Position numbers and translations under genes: made by a program. A DNA stretch of 18,484 nucleotides from Verrucomicrobiota bacterium (GTDB taxonomy: Bacteria > Verrucomicrobiota > Lentisphaeria > Lentisphaerales > Lentisphaeraceae): contig JBDKFG010000083.1 of NCBI GenBank assembly GCA_039798785.1, positions 1-18,484 of the forward strand. Reading direction: 5' to 3'. The notes below the pieces were generated by a model, which searched no databases, was not told the DNA's origin, and saw only the letters and a program-made list of their open reading frames with translations. Below, piece by piece: positions 16,691-18,484 of this stretch (the stretch's first letter is position 1; every line of letters begins with the position of its first letter).

Positions 16691-18130
16691 CTAGGGCGCT
16701 GATTGGCGACTTTTTAAATCATTGAGGAAATTCACCAATCGCTGGTTATTCTTGGCGATGGCCAGCGCGAGCAAGCTGTTGCCGTCGGGATCGGTGATGT
16801 GTTGATCAAACGGATTAAATCCCGCTTCGGTCAATGCTCGTATATATTTAACACTTGAGCTCCCTGCGTCAGGATCAAGGTGTGTAGGCAATTTGACACC
16901 TTTATTCAAGAGCATTTCGATATTTGAGCTCAAGCTAGCCTCGGAAATATAATCTTTTAATTGATTGATCGCTGTGGGGAGCTCATCAGGAGCTCGCATT
17001 CCATTGTCTAATAGATAGGATAAACTTTCTGTCTTTTTGCACAGCACCAATATTTTATTATCTAATTTGGAAAAATCAAAGTTAAAGTCTTCCTTGATGA
17101 CCTCGAGTGTGTTCACATTGGCATCCGAAATTTCGGATTTTACAGATAGCATATTTATTTCTTTATACGATCCTAATTCGGCCAAAATGTGCAGCGTTTG
17201 AAGATTGTTTCTTTGAATGGCTGCAGCTAAGGACCTAGGCGTATTCAAACTGCTTTTATCAATGATTCCTTTATTAAGAATGCTTTCCAAGGCGGTGGAT
17301 CGTCCATTTTCAATCATGTAAGCAATGTTATGAGGTTCAGGCTTATCACCAAGCCTAATTAAGGCTTCGATCGATTCGTCGCTTCCGAAGGCGATGGCCT
17401 CTTCAAGTAAGTTGCGGTTAAATGCTTTATGCTCATAAAACAGTTTACGTGCTTCGTTATAGGATCCGCTCTGCTCAATCAAATAATTGAAGACAGTCAA
17501 ATTTGGGTCGCGAAGCGCGCAGCTGAGTAGTGATTGTGACATGCAAACATATGCCGATTTCTCTGATATATTTTTAAAATCATTATCATTAATATCCACA
17601 TACTCCCCATCTTTGAAATACAAATGAGTTCCGGTGGCAGCCCCATGCTCACAGAGCAACTTAAATATCTTTAAGTTTCCGCATATAGATGCTGCAGACA
17701 GGGGGGTATCAATGGATAAATCTGTATAACAGTTAACTTTAGCGCCGCGATCTAGTAGAAGTTTAACTTTTTGAACATCTCCACTTCTGACAATATGTGT
17801 CAAAAGTGGTGTGCCGTTGAGTTGATCTACACTATTCACTGATAAACCAGAATCAAGCCAATGTCGAAGTTCATCTATCGTGATTTCTTGTTCATCCCAG
17901 ATGCGCGGTGGTTCTGGATAATAATCACGTACTTTTTTATAGTTTTTTTGTATAAATGACTTATTCTCATTAATATTTTTGCAGTTCACTTCATTTGCAT
18001 TGTCGTTAACGCAATATCCGTCGTTATAATTATCTAATTTGTTATTTCTATAAATTTTTTTTACATAGATTAATGAAGCTATAATTATAACACTTAATCC
18101 CCAAATAAATAATTTTTGTGAATTATTCAT
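16691..18130 (-). CDS. Ankyrin-repeat protein with N-terminal membrane anchor (AT-rich gene)
   Basis: Ankyrin motifs GTPLLTHIVRSGDVQKVKLLLDRGAKVN, TPLSAASICGNLKIFKLLCEHGA and DGNSLLALAIAKNNQRLVNFL. TM segment LFIWGLSVIIIASLIYV. The ATG at 18130 follows AGGA and is preferred over the TTG at 18175. Confidence 0.85.
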   Translation of the reverse strand: MNNSQKLFIWGLSVIIIASLIYVKKIYRNNKLDNYNDGYCVNDNANEVNCKNINENKSFIQKNYKKVRDYYPEPPRIWDEQEITIDELRHWLDSGLSVNSVDQLNGTPLLTHIVRSGDVQKVKLLLDRGAKVNCYTDLSIDTPLSAASICGNLKIFKLLCEHGAATGTHLYFKDGEYVDINDNDFKNISEKSAYVCMSQSLLSCALRDPNLTVFNYLIEQSGSYNEARKLFYEHKAFNRNLLEEAIAFGSDESIEALIRLGDKPEPHNIAYMIENGRSTALESILNKGIIDKSSLNTPRSLAAAIQRNNLQTLHILAELGSYKEINMLSVKSEISDANVNTLEVIKEDFNFDFSKLDNKILVLCKKTESLSYLLDNGMRAPDELPTAINQLKDYISEASLSSNIEMLLNKGVKLPTHLDPDAGSSSVKYIRALTEAGFNPFDQHITDPDGNSLLALAIAKNNQRLVNFLNDLKSRQSAP

Positions 18131-18287
18131 AAAATTTTCCTGAGTGTGATTAATAATGATTGGTTTATATTTCAAATATTTTATGTTTTATTTCAAAAAA
18201 AATACATAAATAATGAGTTTTTACAACCACGAAATGATGACAAAAACCTTAATTTCTTGATTTATCGTTATTAGGGGGGCTACATTA

Positions 18288-18484
18288 TGCCGTGCCCCTC
18301 TAAGCCCGCCCCCGGAATAAGAGAGTAGGGTAGCACCCGCAGCCAGCACCCCACGGAATCGCCCATGAGCAACAAACCTCGTCGCCAATGGACTGCCCAA
18401 CAGAAGGCAGACATCGTTTTAGCCGCCTTGAGCGGCAAAGCCAGCGTCTCGGAGATCTGCAACGCCAATCAGATCAGCCAGCCG
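18288..18484 (+). mobile_element. Left end of an IS3-family insertion sequence (partial)
   Basis: Candidate IRL TGCCGTGCCCCT matches the IS3-family TG-N4-GCCCC pattern. Base composition returns abruptly to GC-rich here, and a transposase start follows. Confidence 0.65.
18365..18484 (+). CDS. IS3-family transposase OrfA N-terminus (HTH), truncated by the window edge
   Basis: Hand translation gives MSNKPRRQWTAQQKADIVLAALSGKASVSEICNANQISQP, matching the RR.(F/W)T..(F/Q)K..IV...L.G..SV.E.C....I pattern of HTH_Tnp_1. Confidence 0.85.
   Translation, partial: MSNKPRRQWTAQQKADIVLAALSGKASVSEICNANQISQP

Noticed and set aside
18262..18325. Integron attC site flanking the ankyrin gene
   Set aside because: The imperfect dyad lacks properly placed RYYYAAC/GTTRRRY ends and there is no integrase or second site. 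IS ends explain it better.
18280..18468. 62-aa minus-strand ORF
   Set aside because: Antisense to the transposase start and spans the IS end.

Overview
GC-rich bacterial chromosomal window, mostly minus-strand genes. The gene content is suggestive of a PVC-superphylum organism, but that is only an inference. From left to right: (1) the 5' 1150 codons of a giant repetitive adhesin, absent from the ORF track because it runs off the window. It has five CSPG/cadherin-like domains, an RTX-like Gly/Asp repeat block, an internal T1SS-C-terminus-like domain, then tandem 102-aa cadherin repeats. (2) yebC, a NYN-LOTUS RNase-fold gene, tRNA-Ser(GCT) with its terminator, and an HDOD protein. (3) A tightly coupled run: grpE, dnaJ, NUDIX, Ser/Thr kinase-FGE, an unannotated 47-aa membrane peptide, and a Kdo/WaaP-like kinase-fold gene; there is no dnaK in the window. 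(4) A hypothetical gene, a divergent CHASE4 hybrid histidine kinase followed by a universal stress protein, and a sanA-like gene. (5) An AT-rich ankyrin-repeat gene and the start of an IS3-family transposase, preceded by what looks like two abutted IS ends. No complete novel system can be demonstrated from sequence alone. The best leads are the adhesin architecture, the coupled small membrane ORF, and the IS-end junction with the apparently chimeric ankyrin gene.
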